From the NCBI GenBank assembly GCA_943356675.1, contig CALRFQ010000001.1:4147-68146 (forward strand): a stretch of 64,000 nucleotides of DNA, in the 5' to 3' direction. The translations under genes and the position numbers were made by a program. The first letter of the stretch is position 1, and each line of letters opens with the position of its first letter. Below the pieces are notes generated by a model. The model had not been told where the DNA came from. It worked only from the letters and a program-made list of their open reading frames with translations, and did not search any database. This stretch comes from Candidatus Nomurabacteria bacterium (GTDB lineage: Bacteria; Patescibacteriota; Minisyncoccia; Phycocordibacterales; UBA9973). Below, piece by piece: positions 1-11,026 of this stretch.

Positions 1-455
1 ATGATATATATATTCTTTTTGTGTAGCATCTCTGTGAGAGCCTTTATATCCTTAATGCGCTTCTGGTAAGAACCATATGCTTTAAGTGTAGGGTCTGTAA
101 CTTCGTAAGATATATATCCAGTTGAATCTTTAATATCGATCACGATTGAGTTAAGTTCTGTGGAATCAATAAGTGAGATAATACGATCTCTTGGCACGGC
201 AGATCCGGCAGTCCATGCTGATACGTATACTGCCCTTACTTCATTAGGTGTACTTATGTGTGTGACTGGTGGTGGTACAGGGACCGTAGGCACTACTTGT
301 GCTGAACTCGCCTCACCTTTCAATGAATTTCCATCCGTATTATCTGTCTCAAAAGTATGTGTACCAACTTTAAAGTTTAAATATAAAAAAGTCCCGCCAC
401 TTAGTATTACTAGTGCGATTATTATGTACCAAAAATGTTTCCCGAAATATTTCAT
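1..455 (-). CDS. Membrane-anchored putative glycoside hydrolase (DUF4015-like); 3' end runs off the window
   Basis: Not in ORF track. Manual translation from ATG at 455: MKYFGKHFWYIIIALVILSGG (TM) ... PNEVRAVYVSAWTAGS ... TELNSIVIDIKDSTG, a typical DUF4015 N-terminus. Confidence 0.75.
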   Translation of the reverse strand, partial: MKYFGKHFWYIIIALVILSGGTFLYLNFKVGTHTFETDNTDGNSLKGEASSAQVVPTVPVPPPVTHISTPNEVRAVYVSAWTAGSAVPRDRIISLIDSTELNSIVIDIKDSTGYISYEVTDPTLKAYGSYQKRIKDIKALTEMLHKKNIYI

Positions 456-457
456 TA

Positions 458-670
458 TTAAACTCGCGGTGCGATATTATCTACAAAACTTTCCATAATA
501 TTTTCTTTTGGAATGCGAGCCTTGTTCTGCTTATAGAATAGGTATGCTAAATAAAATATACAAATCCCTGTAAGCATAAAAAGGATTTTACGCCAGCTAT
601 TTGGGAAGCCTAGGAATGGTAAAAATATAATCCAAATTGCAAGTATAAAAAGTGTTTTTTCTTTTCTCAT
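458..670 (-). CDS. Small two-TM hypothetical membrane protein
   Basis: ORF 458..685; likely start MRKEK at 670; two hydrophobic helices around LPFLGFP. Confidence 0.7.
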   Translation of the reverse strand: MRKEKTLFILAIWIIFLPFLGFPNSWRKILFMLTGICIFYLAYLFYKQNKARIPKENIMESFVDNIAPRV

Positions 671-688
671 ATGTTTATTATACATTAA

Positions 689-1381
689 TTATAATGGTGC
701 TACAATCACGACAAACTCCCCTTTCTGCTTATTGGTATCACCTTCGAGAATTCTAAGTAATTCATCTGGCTTTCCAGTAAGGAATTCTTCATAAAACTTC
801 GTAAGCTCTCTTGCAATAGTAACCTTCTTATCTGGGCACACCTTTATCATTGATTCTAATGCCTTAAGAATTCTGTGAGATGACTCATAGAACACCATAG
901 GTCTTTCGCTAATAGCTATTTCTTTAAAGAGGGTTTCTCTACCCTTTTTATGAGGGAGGAAGCCGAGAAATATGAAATCAGCGACAGATACTCCGCACGC
1001 AGAAAGTGCAGTAATGAGAGCAGATGCTCCTGGAATAGGCACAACCTTTGCCTCATTACCGAATTCACTTTTGATTTGTGAGATAAGTAGTACTCCTGGG
1101 TCTGATATGCAAGGTGTGCCAGCGTCTGATACTAGTGCCAAATTCTTGCCATCACGTATAAGCTCAAGTATTGCATTTGCTTTGCCTTCGGTGCTGTGAG
1201 TGTGGTAGCTTATGCACTTAGTTTTAATCTCGTATTTATTTAAGAGCGTGTGAGTTGTGCGTGTGTCTTCACATAGAATAATATCCACTTCTTTAAGTAT
1301 GCGAAGAGCACGAAGTGTGATATCTTCTAGATTTCCTATGGGAGTTGCTACTACATAGAGTGTGCCGATTTCATTTTCCAT
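689..1381 (-). CDS. rsmI: 16S rRNA (cytidine1402-2'-O)-methyltransferase
   Basis: LYVVATPIGNLEDIT, CEDTR, SDAGTPCISDPG, ARELTK motifs. Confidence 0.97.
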   Translation of the reverse strand: MENEIGTLYVVATPIGNLEDITLRALRILKEVDIILCEDTRTTHTLLNKYEIKTKCISYHTHSTEGKANAILELIRDGKNLALVSDAGTPCISDPGVLLISQIKSEFGNEAKVVPIPGASALITALSACGVSVADFIFLGFLPHKKGRETLFKEIAISERPMVFYESSHRILKALESMIKVCPDKKVTIARELTKFYEEFLTGKPDELLRILEGDTNKQKGEFVVIVAPL

Positions 1382-1397
1382 AGGGCTATTATAACAT

Positions 1398-1428
1398 AAA
1401 ATCCCCTCAATTAAATGAGGGGATTTTT
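1398..1428. terminator. Intrinsic terminator downstream of the DoxX gene
   Basis: aaaatcccctca-attaaa-tgaggggatttt hairpin flanked by A/T tracts. Confidence 0.75.
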
Positions 1429-1443
1429 GCTAATAGTTAAGTA

Positions 1444-1788
1444 TTAGTATAGGAACATAAGGATAGCACCGATGAGTGCTAGGTTCTTCATGAAGCCGAT
1501 CTTTTCAGCTTCATGGCCTGCCTTCCAGAATGCGTGCATAGCGAATGTTGTAGGTATCATGAAAATAAGAAGTAGTACTAGTGATTCCTGAACATAAGTG
1601 TTTAGGAGTAATCCTGCACCGCCTACGATAAGCAACACCCCTGTACCCATAACTGCGAGCTCAGCAGCTGGGATACCTTTACTCTTAGCATATCCTGCCA
1701 TTCCCTTTCCGTTTGTAAAATGACTAATTCCAGAATACAAAAAATATCCTGCAAAGAGTACGCGTCCTATAAGTGTAAGTGCTAACAT
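1444..1788 (-). CDS. DoxX family membrane protein
   Basis: GRVLF, HAFW and FMKNLALIG motifs; four TM segments. Confidence 0.9.
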   Translation of the reverse strand: MLALTLIGRVLFAGYFLYSGISHFTNGKGMAGYAKSKGIPAAELAVMGTGVLLIVGGAGLLLNTYVQESLVLLLIFMIPTTFAMHAFWKAGHEAEKIGFMKNLALIGAILMFLY

Positions 1789-1799
1789 ATTTGTTTTAT

Positions 1800-2774
1800 T
1801 TATGCCTTGCGTGTGTGCTTCGGCAATCTTAATCTATTAATAATATTTTCATTATACCACCATTTTAATTTACAAGAAAGATTACAATACGCAACTCCTC
1901 CTGATGGATGGTTTGGTGGGTTTGATTCCAGGCAGTTCTCGCAACAGATGAAGTGATCATGACAATTTAAGTTTGCGCAGTTCACATAGTGCTCGCTAGC
2001 TGCACCACACTTCTTGCATTTACCGATGATCTCATGCTTACCAGGCTCATCAAAATTTACAGCAATTCTTTTGTCGAAGACATAAAGTGATCCTTTGAAA
2101 TTTTGGCCTGGATATTTCTCCATATATGTGACCATTCCGCCATCGAGCTGGTAGACATCTTTGAATCCTTCACGCACGAGGAGTCCTGATGCTTTCTCGC
2201 AACGTACTCCACCTGTGCAGACTGTGAGGACAGTCTTGTCTTTCAATTCTTCAATCTTTTTTAAATTTCCTTTAAGGTCACGGAAATTATCTAGCTCTGG
2301 GAAAACCGTGCCTTCGAATTTACCAACTTCAAGCTCGTAGCCATTTCTCATATCCACGATGTGGAATTCTTTACCTTGCTCATACCACTTGTGAAGTTCC
2401 TCAGGCTTGAGATGAACACCAGTAATTTTATTTGGATCAATATCTTCCTCTTCCCCAAGGTGTAGTGACACGATCTCTGGGCGGACTCGCACGCGTAGTC
2501 TTGGGAATGCTGTGCCATCAACAGTGCCCTTGCTTACCTTCCAGTGAATATCGGCAAAGCGAGGGTCTGCTTTCATCATTTCCTGATACTCCTTGCAGGC
2601 TTCATTTGTGCCCTCAATAGTGCCATTTATACCCTCTTTGGCTACTATGATGCGCCCGCACAGCTTGCGCTCCTTACAGAAGGCAATTTGAGCGTTTTTA
2701 AGGGCTTCTGGGTCCTCTATGTTGGCGTATTTATAGTACAAAAGTACTGAATATTTGTGTGCTTTATTCTCCAT
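1800..2774 (-). CDS. trhO: Rhodanese-domain tRNA uridine(34) hydroxylase (TrhO/YceA, UPF0176)
   Basis: GRIIVAKEGINGT, DMRNGYE, CTGGVRCEKA, YVFDKR and Cys-rich C-terminus. Confidence 0.9.
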   Translation of the reverse strand: MENKAHKYSVLLYYKYANIEDPEALKNAQIAFCKERKLCGRIIVAKEGINGTIEGTNEACKEYQEMMKADPRFADIHWKVSKGTVDGTAFPRLRVRVRPEIVSLHLGEEEDIDPNKITGVHLKPEELHKWYEQGKEFHIVDMRNGYELEVGKFEGTVFPELDNFRDLKGNLKKIEELKDKTVLTVCTGGVRCEKASGLLVREGFKDVYQLDGGMVTYMEKYPGQNFKGSLYVFDKRIAVNFDEPGKHEIIGKCKKCGAASEHYVNCANLNCHDHFICCENCLESNPPNHPSGGVAYCNLSCKLKWWYNENIINRLRLPKHTRKA

Positions 2775-2908
2775 ATTTTTGTATTATAGCAGATTTAAGA
2801 TTATTCATTAATCCCCTTATTTATATTGCTAAGATAGAAAATAAGTAGTATAGTTTTAAAAAAGCTGAATAGTGATTCAGATTCAATAACATTTAAAAAA
2901 TTCGAGAT

Positions 2909-3523
2909 ATGGAAAATGAACCTCATTTCAATCTTATGTCTGCTGAGACATCACCTCAATCTGGTTATTACTTTTCTTCACAAAATGGTGCTATTAAAAG
3001 CTCAATATTCCACTGTAAAAAAGATGGGTTTGAGATTTTTAAAAAATTTTGTGATGAAAATAGCCTAACGCCTCAGACTCAATTACATCTCTTGCATAAG
3101 CTTATGAGCAGAAAGATGTGTAATACTATCGCGGAAGTTGATAGTAATTTTTATCTGGATCGTGAAGCTGAGAATGACTTTATTCTTGATATCACAGAGT
3201 ACTATAGTAGAGTGGAAGGTGCCATTGAATTCGCTACTAAGGAGTACTCTACAATGCTTAAAGAAGGTAAAAACCTGTGCATTAAGAAAGTTGACCTTTA
3301 CTTCAAGGATTTAAGTCACGAGGGTGAAGGTATGATTACCGAGATTCGTGAATTTAAATCGAAAGAGCAATTCCTACATTGGCTATCATCTCCTGAAGCG
3401 GTGAATAAGATTTCATTCGATGACAGAAAAAAGCTTGGGAAGATGATTCGGAATTCAGCTATCGAGGAATTTTCTAACGAAGAAGAAATCCCCTCATTTT
3501 TACCCAATGTTGTTGGAAGTTAG
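2909..3523 (+). CDS. Hypothetical protein with its own promoter and terminator
   Basis: 204-aa ORF; TTGCTA..TATAGT upstream; hairpin downstream. Confidence 0.75.
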   Translation: MENEPHFNLMSAETSPQSGYYFSSQNGAIKSSIFHCKKDGFEIFKKFCDENSLTPQTQLHLLHKLMSRKMCNTIAEVDSNFYLDREAENDFILDITEYYSRVEGAIEFATKEYSTMLKEGKNLCIKKVDLYFKDLSHEGEGMITEIREFKSKEQFLHWLSSPEAVNKISFDDRKKLGKMIRNSAIEEFSNEEEIPSFLPNVVGS

Positions 3524-3545
3524 TTACACTAAAACTGTTAAAATA

Positions 3546-3580
3546 AAAACGCGCAAACTTTATAAGCTTGCGCGTTTTTT
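3546..3580. terminator. Bidirectional terminator between the hypothetical gene and atpC
   Basis: aaaaacgcgcaaactt-tat-aagcttgcgcgttttt. Confidence 0.75.
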
Positions 3581-3595
3581 ATGTACCAAATTAAA

Positions 3596-4042
3596 CTATT
3601 TACGATACTTTTTTGTTTTCCACTTGTCTGCAATCTTCACACGAGTCAGTGACCGTTCAAGTTCAGATGCGAAGTGCTCGTAATCCACCACCTCCTTATT
3701 TTCTGCAAGTTTACGAAGCTCTTCAGCTTTTGCTTTCGCCTTTTCAATTTCTGCATCTGTGATAGCGCTCACATGCTCGGCGAAGTCGGCAAGAATTGCA
3801 ACGGTAGTGATTCCATTTTCTTTCTTCACTTCAATGAATCCGCCAGAGACAGCCATCGGGATGTGCTCGCCGTTCTCAAATGCAACAATGTCGCCTGATG
3901 CGAGAGATGCTATCAGTGGCACATGGTCCGGCATGATAGTAATCTCCCCTTCTGTAGTGGGAAGTGTTACAAATTCCACCATTTCTTCAAGAATGAGTCT
4001 CTCTGGTGTGACTATTTTTAGTTGTAATTTTTTTATTGACAT
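3596..4042 (-). CDS. atpC: ATP synthase F1 epsilon subunit
   Basis: LKIVTPER, GEITIMPDHVPLI, VSGGFIEV; position in the atp operon. Confidence 0.96.
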   Translation of the reverse strand: MSIKKLQLKIVTPERLILEEMVEFVTLPTTEGEITIMPDHVPLIASLASGDIVAFENGEHIPMAVSGGFIEVKKENGITTVAILADFAEHVSAITDAEIEKAKAKAEELRKLAENKEVVDYEHFASELERSLTRVKIADKWKTKKYRK

Positions 4043-4298
4043 TTTACTTTTATGATTATATAATGAAGTCCATTTTAAAATGATAACGCCATGTTTGACT
4101 ACAATGCTCTTTTGGAACTTTTAGATCCGAAACCAATAAGTTTCTATCTATTTTTTGGAATCTGTAGTTTTTTATACTACAGTATCGCCCCATTCTTTTT
4201 TCTTTCTATGCTAAATGCACACCAGAAAAAAAATTAAACCAAATTCTAATCATTTAACAGAGATTGCTTTTACCTTAAAAGTTATCTCTGTTTTTTTA

Positions 4299-5672
<1,374 letters not shown>

Positions 5673-5864
5673 TTAATAATGTTTTAATAATTTTCTTGTA
5701 AAAAATACGATTAAGGCGATGATTGTGAGTATCAGAGTATCCATTGGAGTATTGAAAATAAATTCATGGCCTTCTGGAGTGAAAAGAAATTTAATAATAT
5801 ATATTAGTGTAAAAATTAAAATACATATTATTAAAATAAAACCATATTTTTTAAATTTCTCCAT
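5673..5864 (-). CDS. Small two-TM hypothetical protein inside the atp operon
   Basis: 63-aa very AT-rich ORF filling the atpG-atpD gap. Confidence 0.65.
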   Translation of the reverse strand: MEKFKKYGFILIICILIFTLIYIIKFLFTPEGHEFIFNTPMDTLILTIIALIVFFTRKLLKHY

Positions 5865-5869
5865 ATACT

Positions 5870-6796
5870 TTAACTTACACTTGCCATACCGGCACTAATT
5901 TCTGATATCTCCTGCGTGATCGACGCTTGGCGGGCTTTGTTGAATGCTAAGGTGAGGTCGTCTATCATTTCTCCTGCGGCTTCCGAGGCGTTCTTCATGG
6001 CTACCATTCGGGACGATTGTTCAGAAGCATTTGATTCAAGGAGCATTTGATAAATCTGCATTCGGGATAATTTCTCAGCTAAGCTTCCGATGAGTGCCTC
6101 TTGGTCGCCTTCGAAGGTGTAATCCGTTTTCCCTCTCTGGATAGAGGTCGAACCTCTATCTTCAGATAGAGGTTCGACCTCTATCTCTTCCACCAATTCT
6201 TTAATTTGCTCTTTTGATATTGGTAGGATTTGTTTGATATTTGGCTTTTGTGATAGAGCGGAAACGAAGTCGGTGTATGCTATTAAAATTTTATCGTATT
6301 TATTTTCTTTGTATTGGTCTACTACGAATTTCGATATCGGGACCACATCATTTAGATTTATATTGTCCGGCAATTCGGTGAATGTAGCAATGATATTCTT
6401 CCCTATTCTTCTCATTGCTGTGTCACCTTTCTTTCCGACTGTGACAAAATCAATTTTTGCATTATTTAAATTTACATCTGATGTTTTAAGGAGTGCCAAA
6501 ACCTTTTTTGTTACTTGCGCATTGTATGCTCCACAAAGTCCGCGGTTTGAAGTGATGAGGACAAGGAGCACATTTTTTACTTCGCGTTGAACGAATAGTG
6601 GATGTGTAATTTCCTGTGTACTATTTGCAATAGAAGTAAGAATCTCCCAAGAGTATCCAGCATATAGGCGGGATGCAAGTGTGGAAGAAACCGCGCGCTT
6701 CATCTTGGAAGCCGCCACGAGCTCCATAGCTTTCGTGATCTTTTTCGTGTTCTTCACACTCTTTATTCTTCTTTTGATTTCTTTTGTTCCTGCCAT
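5870..6796 (-). CDS. atpG: ATP synthase F1 gamma subunit, with an in-frame palindromic insert
   Basis: KITKAMELVAASK, RGLCGAYN, RQASITQEISEI. Confidence 0.98.
   Translation of the reverse strand: MAGTKEIKRRIKSVKNTKKITKAMELVAASKMKRAVSSTLASRLYAGYSWEILTSIANSTQEITHPLFVQREVKNVLLVLITSNRGLCGAYNAQVTKKVLALLKTSDVNLNNAKIDFVTVGKKGDTAMRRIGKNIIATFTELPDNINLNDVVPISKFVVDQYKENKYDKILIAYTDFVSALSQKPNIKQILPISKEQIKELVEEIEVEPLSEDRGSTSIQRGKTDYTFEGDQEALIGSLAEKLSRMQIYQMLLESNASEQSSRMVAMKNASEAAGEMIDDLTLAFNKARQASITQEISEISAGMASVS
6140..6185. repeat. Inverted doublet of a 21-bp REP-like palindrome inside atpG
   Basis: gatagaggtcgaacctctatc + ttca + gatagaggttcgacctctatc (exact reverse complement). Confidence 0.9.
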
Positions 6797-6805
6797 AAAT
6801 TAAAA

Positions 6806-8308
6806 CTATTTCATGAATCCTGCTTTGAAGTCTGTAAGTGCTTTCTTGAAAGCTTCCTCACTTGCATCTTCCCACATTTTCTTCTCGCGGATATCTTTGA
6901 AGAATTGTGGAGCAGAACGCTCTGTGTATTCCACTAGGCCCTGCTCGAATTCTTTAATCTTATCCACCGGCACATCATCCATGTAGCCCTTCACGAGAGC
7001 GTATAGGATTGCCACTTGGTGCTCCACGATAACTGGTGCGTATTGTGGTTGCTTTAGTACTTCCACTGCGCGCTTTCCACGCTCAAGCTGGCGCTTTGTA
7101 GCGTCGTCGAGGTCGGAGCCGAATTGTGCGAAAGCTTCAAGTTCACGGAATTGTGCAAGGTCGAGCTTGAGAGTTCCAGCCACTTTCTTCATAGCTTTAA
7201 TCTGAGCAGATGATCCCACGCGAGACACTGAGAATCCCACGTTTACCGCTGGGCGGATACCTTTGTAGAATAAATCTGTTTCTAGGAATATTTGTCCGTC
7301 TGTAATTGAGATCACGTTTGTAGGAATGTATGCAGAGATATCGCCAGCTTGAGTCTCGATAATTGGGAGTGCTGTGATTGAACCGCCACCGTATTCCTTA
7401 TTTCTTCGGCAAGCACGCTCTAGTAGTCTTGAGTGCAAATAGAACACGTCTCCAGGGTAAGCTTCGCGTCCTGGTGGGCGGCGGAGTAGGAGTGAGATTT
7501 CGCGGTATGCTACAGCGTGTTTGGAAAGATCATCGTAAATGATGAGCACATCTTGGCCTTTATCCATAAAGTATTCAGCGATAGAAACTCCAGTATATGG
7601 AGCGATGTATGAAAGCGCAGCACTTTCTGATGCGCCAGCTGAAACGATGACTGTGTATTCCATAGCACCACCTTCTTCAAGACGAGCTTGGAGCTTGCGC
7701 AATTTAGAATCTTTTTGACCGATTGAAACGTAAACACAAACCATGTTCTGGCCCTTTTGGTTTAGGATTGCGTCGATAGCGATGGCAGTCTTTCCTGTCT
7801 GGCGGTCACCGATGATGAGCTCACGCTGTCCACGGCCGATAGGGATAATGGCGTCGATAGCTTTGATACCTGTGGAAACTGGTTGGTCCACACTTTGACG
7901 AGTGATAACTCCAGGAGCAACTTTCTCGATAGGATTTGTTTGTGTGGTTTTGATTGCACCTTTTCCATCAATCGCATCTCCGCGGGCATTCACCACACGG
8001 CCGATTAGCGCATCGCCTACATTTACCTCCAATATCTTTCCTGTTGCACGAACTTCGTCGCCTTCTTTAATATCTGCAAATTCTCCGAGAATAATAACTC
8101 CAACGAATTCTTCTTCAAGGTTGAGCGCAACTCCCACGACTCCTGTTGGGAATGTCACCATTTCTGATGCTTTGATATCTGAAAGTCCTGAAATTTTTGC
8201 AATACCGTCGAACACTTCCACGACTTTACCCACTTTCTCAACTGCCACTTCAGAAGTGAAGTTTTCGATTTGCTTTCTTAAATTGTCTACAATGTTATTT
8301 TTGGCCAT
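6806..8308 (-). CDS. atpA: ATP synthase F1 alpha subunit
   Basis: [31 protein letters not shown]. Confidence 0.99.
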   Translation of the reverse strand: MAKNNIVDNLRKQIENFTSEVAVEKVGKVVEVFDGIAKISGLSDIKASEMVTFPTGVVGVALNLEEEFVGVIILGEFADIKEGDEVRATGKILEVNVGDALIGRVVNARGDAIDGKGAIKTTQTNPIEKVAPGVITRQSVDQPVSTGIKAIDAIIPIGRGQRELIIGDRQTGKTAIAIDAILNQKGQNMVCVYVSIGQKDSKLRKLQARLEEGGAMEYTVIVSAGASESAALSYIAPYTGVSIAEYFMDKGQDVLIIYDDLSKHAVAYREISLLLRRPPGREAYPGDVFYLHSRLLERACRRNKEYGGGSITALPIIETQAGDISAYIPTNVISITDGQIFLETDLFYKGIRPAVNVGFSVSRVGSSAQIKAMKKVAGTLKLDLAQFRELEAFAQFGSDLDDATKRQLERGKRAVEVLKQPQYAPVIVEHQVAILYALVKGYMDDVPVDKIKEFEQGLVEYTERSAPQFFKDIREKKMWEDASEEAFKKALTDFKAGFMK

Positions 8309-8312
8309 ATAA

Positions 8313-8720
8313 TTAATTTCTTAGTAACTTTGCTTGTAATTGATGAATTTTGTTTGATATCGTTAGGTCTAGCACATCCTCACCTACTTGTATTTTCGCA
8401 CCGCCGATTACTCCTTTATCTATCTCACTTTTTATCTCAACTTTGTCTACATCATAATAATGTTTAAGGAAGTGAATGATATCCGTGTGGCTTTTCTCAG
8501 CTAATTCTCTACTTGTCGTGACTGTGGCTGTGAGGTTTCCTTCTTCTTCATCCTCAATCTTTCTGATTTTCTCTAGCAACCTTTTCGATTCTTTCATTAG
8601 TCTGTGCTTCGCGAGGAACTTCACCACATTCTCATTGATTTTCGCACGCTCAGAAGATGATGCATCTTTACTTGCATCATATACCGCTCTTGCTATGTCA
8701 TTGAGTTTAAATGTGGCCAT
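8313..8720 (-). CDS. atpH: ATP synthase F1 delta subunit (short form)
   Basis: C-terminal [22 protein letters not shown]; between atpF and atpA. Confidence 0.9.
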   Translation of the reverse strand: MATFKLNDIARAVYDASKDASSSERAKINENVVKFLAKHRLMKESKRLLEKIRKIEDEEEGNLTATVTTSRELAEKSHTDIIHFLKHYYDVDKVEIKSEIDKGVIGGAKIQVGEDVLDLTISNKIHQLQAKLLRN

Positions 8721-8728
8721 ATGCTAAA

Positions 8729-9223
8729 TTAAGAAATCTTACTAATTCTTTTTGTTACTTTTGTGTCGATACTGTCGTCTGTGATGTCTGTAATCAATTT
8801 CTCCGTAGCAGAAACTACAAGAGAAACAATCTCTCTCTTCGCATCTTCCATCATCTTTGCTTTTTCAGCTTCAAGATTCTTCTTACCAGAGGCTACCATA
8901 GCTTCCACATCTTTCTTTGCTTCTTCAAGCATAAGAGCTTTCTTCTCTTCTGCTTCCTTCTTGCCTTCTTGGAAGATAGTGTGAGCTTCTGCACGAGCAT
9001 CTGCTATGACTTTCGCATATTCATCCTTTGTAGTCTTTAGTAGTTCTGCATTTCTCTTCGCATCTTCCACTCCGCCCTTTATAGAGTCCGCACGCTCAGC
9101 CATGAGCTTGCGTAGTGGCTTGAGCACTAAGAAGTAAAGAATAATAAGTACTATAACGAAGTTAATCGCTTGAGCGATTATTATTTTCCAGTCGATATGA
9201 AATGTAGTGATGAATGAATCCAT
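8729..9223 (-). CDS. atpF: ATP synthase Fo b subunit
   Basis: N-terminal TM (QAINF...KPL) followed by coiled coil. Confidence 0.95.
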   Translation of the reverse strand: MDSFITTFHIDWKIIIAQAINFVIVLIILYFLVLKPLRKLMAERADSIKGGVEDAKRNAELLKTTKDEYAKVIADARAEAHTIFQEGKKEAEEKKALMLEEAKKDVEAMVASGKKNLEAEKAKMMEDAKREIVSLVVSATEKLITDITDDSIDTKVTKRISKIS

Positions 9224-9327
9224 AAAATAGGTTTTAGCTTAAAGGTTTTAGGTTATAGTAATAAAATTCTGCATATTTAGCAGTATGTAGGCTTAAGGAT
9301 AGAGCTTAAACCTATAACTACTAAATA

Positions 9328-9564
<237 letters not shown>

Positions 9565-9590
9565 TTAATTAATAATGTTGACCTCTAATT

Positions 9591-10517
9591 TTAATGCACA
9601 TCTTTGTGCTCACCACCCTCACTTTCTTCATGATGCTCATCATCATGATCTTGTGATGCTATTGTGTAGTACACAAGAGTAAGGATGGCGAAAATGAATG
9701 CTTGTATCACACCGACGAAAACTTCAAGAAGAAGAAATGGTGTCGGTAGTACGTAAGCGATAATGGCTCCCATAGATGCGAGGAGAACCTCTCCTGCAAA
9801 TACGTTTCCGAAAAGACGAAATGACAGTGATGCAATCTTAGCGAATTCTCCGATAAGTTCGAGTGCACTAACGAAAACCATGATTGGAGCAGTAAGTAAT
9901 ACCATTGGTTCCTTACGAATTTTCGTAAAAATCCCTCCAATTGCCTTCAGATTAACATATTTGTTGAAAGTTTTCCAGAGACCTATAGATATAACTCCGA
10001 AGATGTTTGCACCTAGAACTGAGAGGATGGCGAGTGGTAATGTGCCGTTAATATCGGCAGTACCTGAGCGGATAAATGGGATGAATGCTCTGCCGTGCTC
10101 CCCTGCTTCTATAAGGCCAAATCCGCCGAGTGGCAATATTCCAAGCCAGTTGTTGAGTAGTACTACAAAGAAAACTGAGAATACTATAGGGAAAGCTTTG
10201 TTTGTGATCTTGCGACTGTTTGTGACTTGGTCACAAAGGTCTAGTGCTCCGTCGATAACTAGCTCAAAAAGATTTTGAATTCCTTTTGGAATCTTCTTGA
10301 GTGATAGGCGAACAGCAAGTGCGATTATAAAAATGATGACTACTACTATCCAGCTTGTGAATAGTGAGTTTGTGATAGTGAAATTGCCAATGTGAGCTAT
10401 CGGCTCTGCGTATAGAGTAGACTCGTGAGTGATTTCTGTATTTGCTGTTTCAGTAGGTGCTCCAGTTTCGGAATTAAGGTTTGTATTAAGTTCTGTATTA
10501 TTTATTTCTTGTGTCAT
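9591..10517 (-). CDS. atpB: ATP synthase Fo a subunit
   Basis: SLSFRLFGNVFAGE, IQAFIFAILT. Confidence 0.97.
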   Translation of the reverse strand: MTQEINNTELNTNLNSETGAPTETANTEITHESTLYAEPIAHIGNFTITNSLFTSWIVVVIIFIIALAVRLSLKKIPKGIQNLFELVIDGALDLCDQVTNSRKITNKAFPIVFSVFFVVLLNNWLGILPLGGFGLIEAGEHGRAFIPFIRSGTADINGTLPLAILSVLGANIFGVISIGLWKTFNKYVNLKAIGGIFTKIRKEPMVLLTAPIMVFVSALELIGEFAKIASLSFRLFGNVFAGEVLLASMGAIIAYVLPTPFLLLEVFVGVIQAFIFAILTLVYYTIASQDHDDEHHEESEGGEHKDVH

Positions 10518-10776
10518 GTTCGGTATCTTTCTTTTTAATATTTATCTCTGCTTCATGAATGTATTTGATCGCGAGCCTGCCTATTCCTATCATTGATATC
10601 GTGAAGGCAAAACCCATACTTACAACGAATGCCCATGGAGCTGTATCAAACCTTTTATCTAGGTACCTTCCTAGGTAAAGTCCGATGATTACAGGGACAG
10701 CAATGAGTCCTGACATTTTTGTAAACATCATTACCCCTGGCTTCCACCATGCTTCGTTTTTATCATTTTCATTCAT
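10498..10776 (-). CDS. AtpZ/AtpI family protein (ATPase gene 1)
   Basis: True start probably MNENDK at 10776 (the longer ORF runs into the tRNA); GLYLGRYLDKRFDTAPW motif. Confidence 0.85.
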   Translation of the reverse strand: MNENDKNEAWWKPGVMMFTKMSGLIAVPVIIGLYLGRYLDKRFDTAPWAFVVSMGFAFTISMIGIGRLAIKYIHEAEINIKKKDTEHDTRNK

Positions 10777-10802
10777 AAATAACAAAAGGCCAAAATGCCT
10801 TG

Positions 10803-10874
10803 TGAGTGTGGATGGAATCGGACCATCGACCTCTGTCTTATCAGGACAGCGTTCTACCACTGAACTACACACTC
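10803..10874 (-). tRNA. tRNA-Ile(GAT); CCA not encoded
   Basis: GAGTGTG TA GTTC AGTGGTA GAAC G CTGTC CT GAT AA GACAG AGGTC GATGG TCCGATT CCATC CACACTC A folds into a full cloverleaf. Confidence 0.95.
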
Positions 10875-11026
10875 ATTTGATTTAAAACAGCAATTACTTA
10901 ACCTTTACACTATAAAAGGCTCTTTTTCTAAAGAGCACTTAAAATATACCAAAAATTAAGCTTTTATGCAATAAACGAAAATGCTGAACCTTTCAGGGTC
11001 CAGCATTACAATAATTATGGCAATTC

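Noticed and set aside
160-498. 112-aa plus-strand ORF
   Set aside because: Antisense shadow of the minus-strand glycoside hydrolase-like gene at 1..455.
1893-1925. NPPNHPSGG segment in TrhO as a decayed palindromic insert
   Set aside because: Pairing is too weak to support without an ortholog alignment.
10777-10872. N-terminal extension of the 124-aa ORF 10498..10872
   Set aside because: It is the tRNA-Ile sequence read as codons; the real start is probably 10776.
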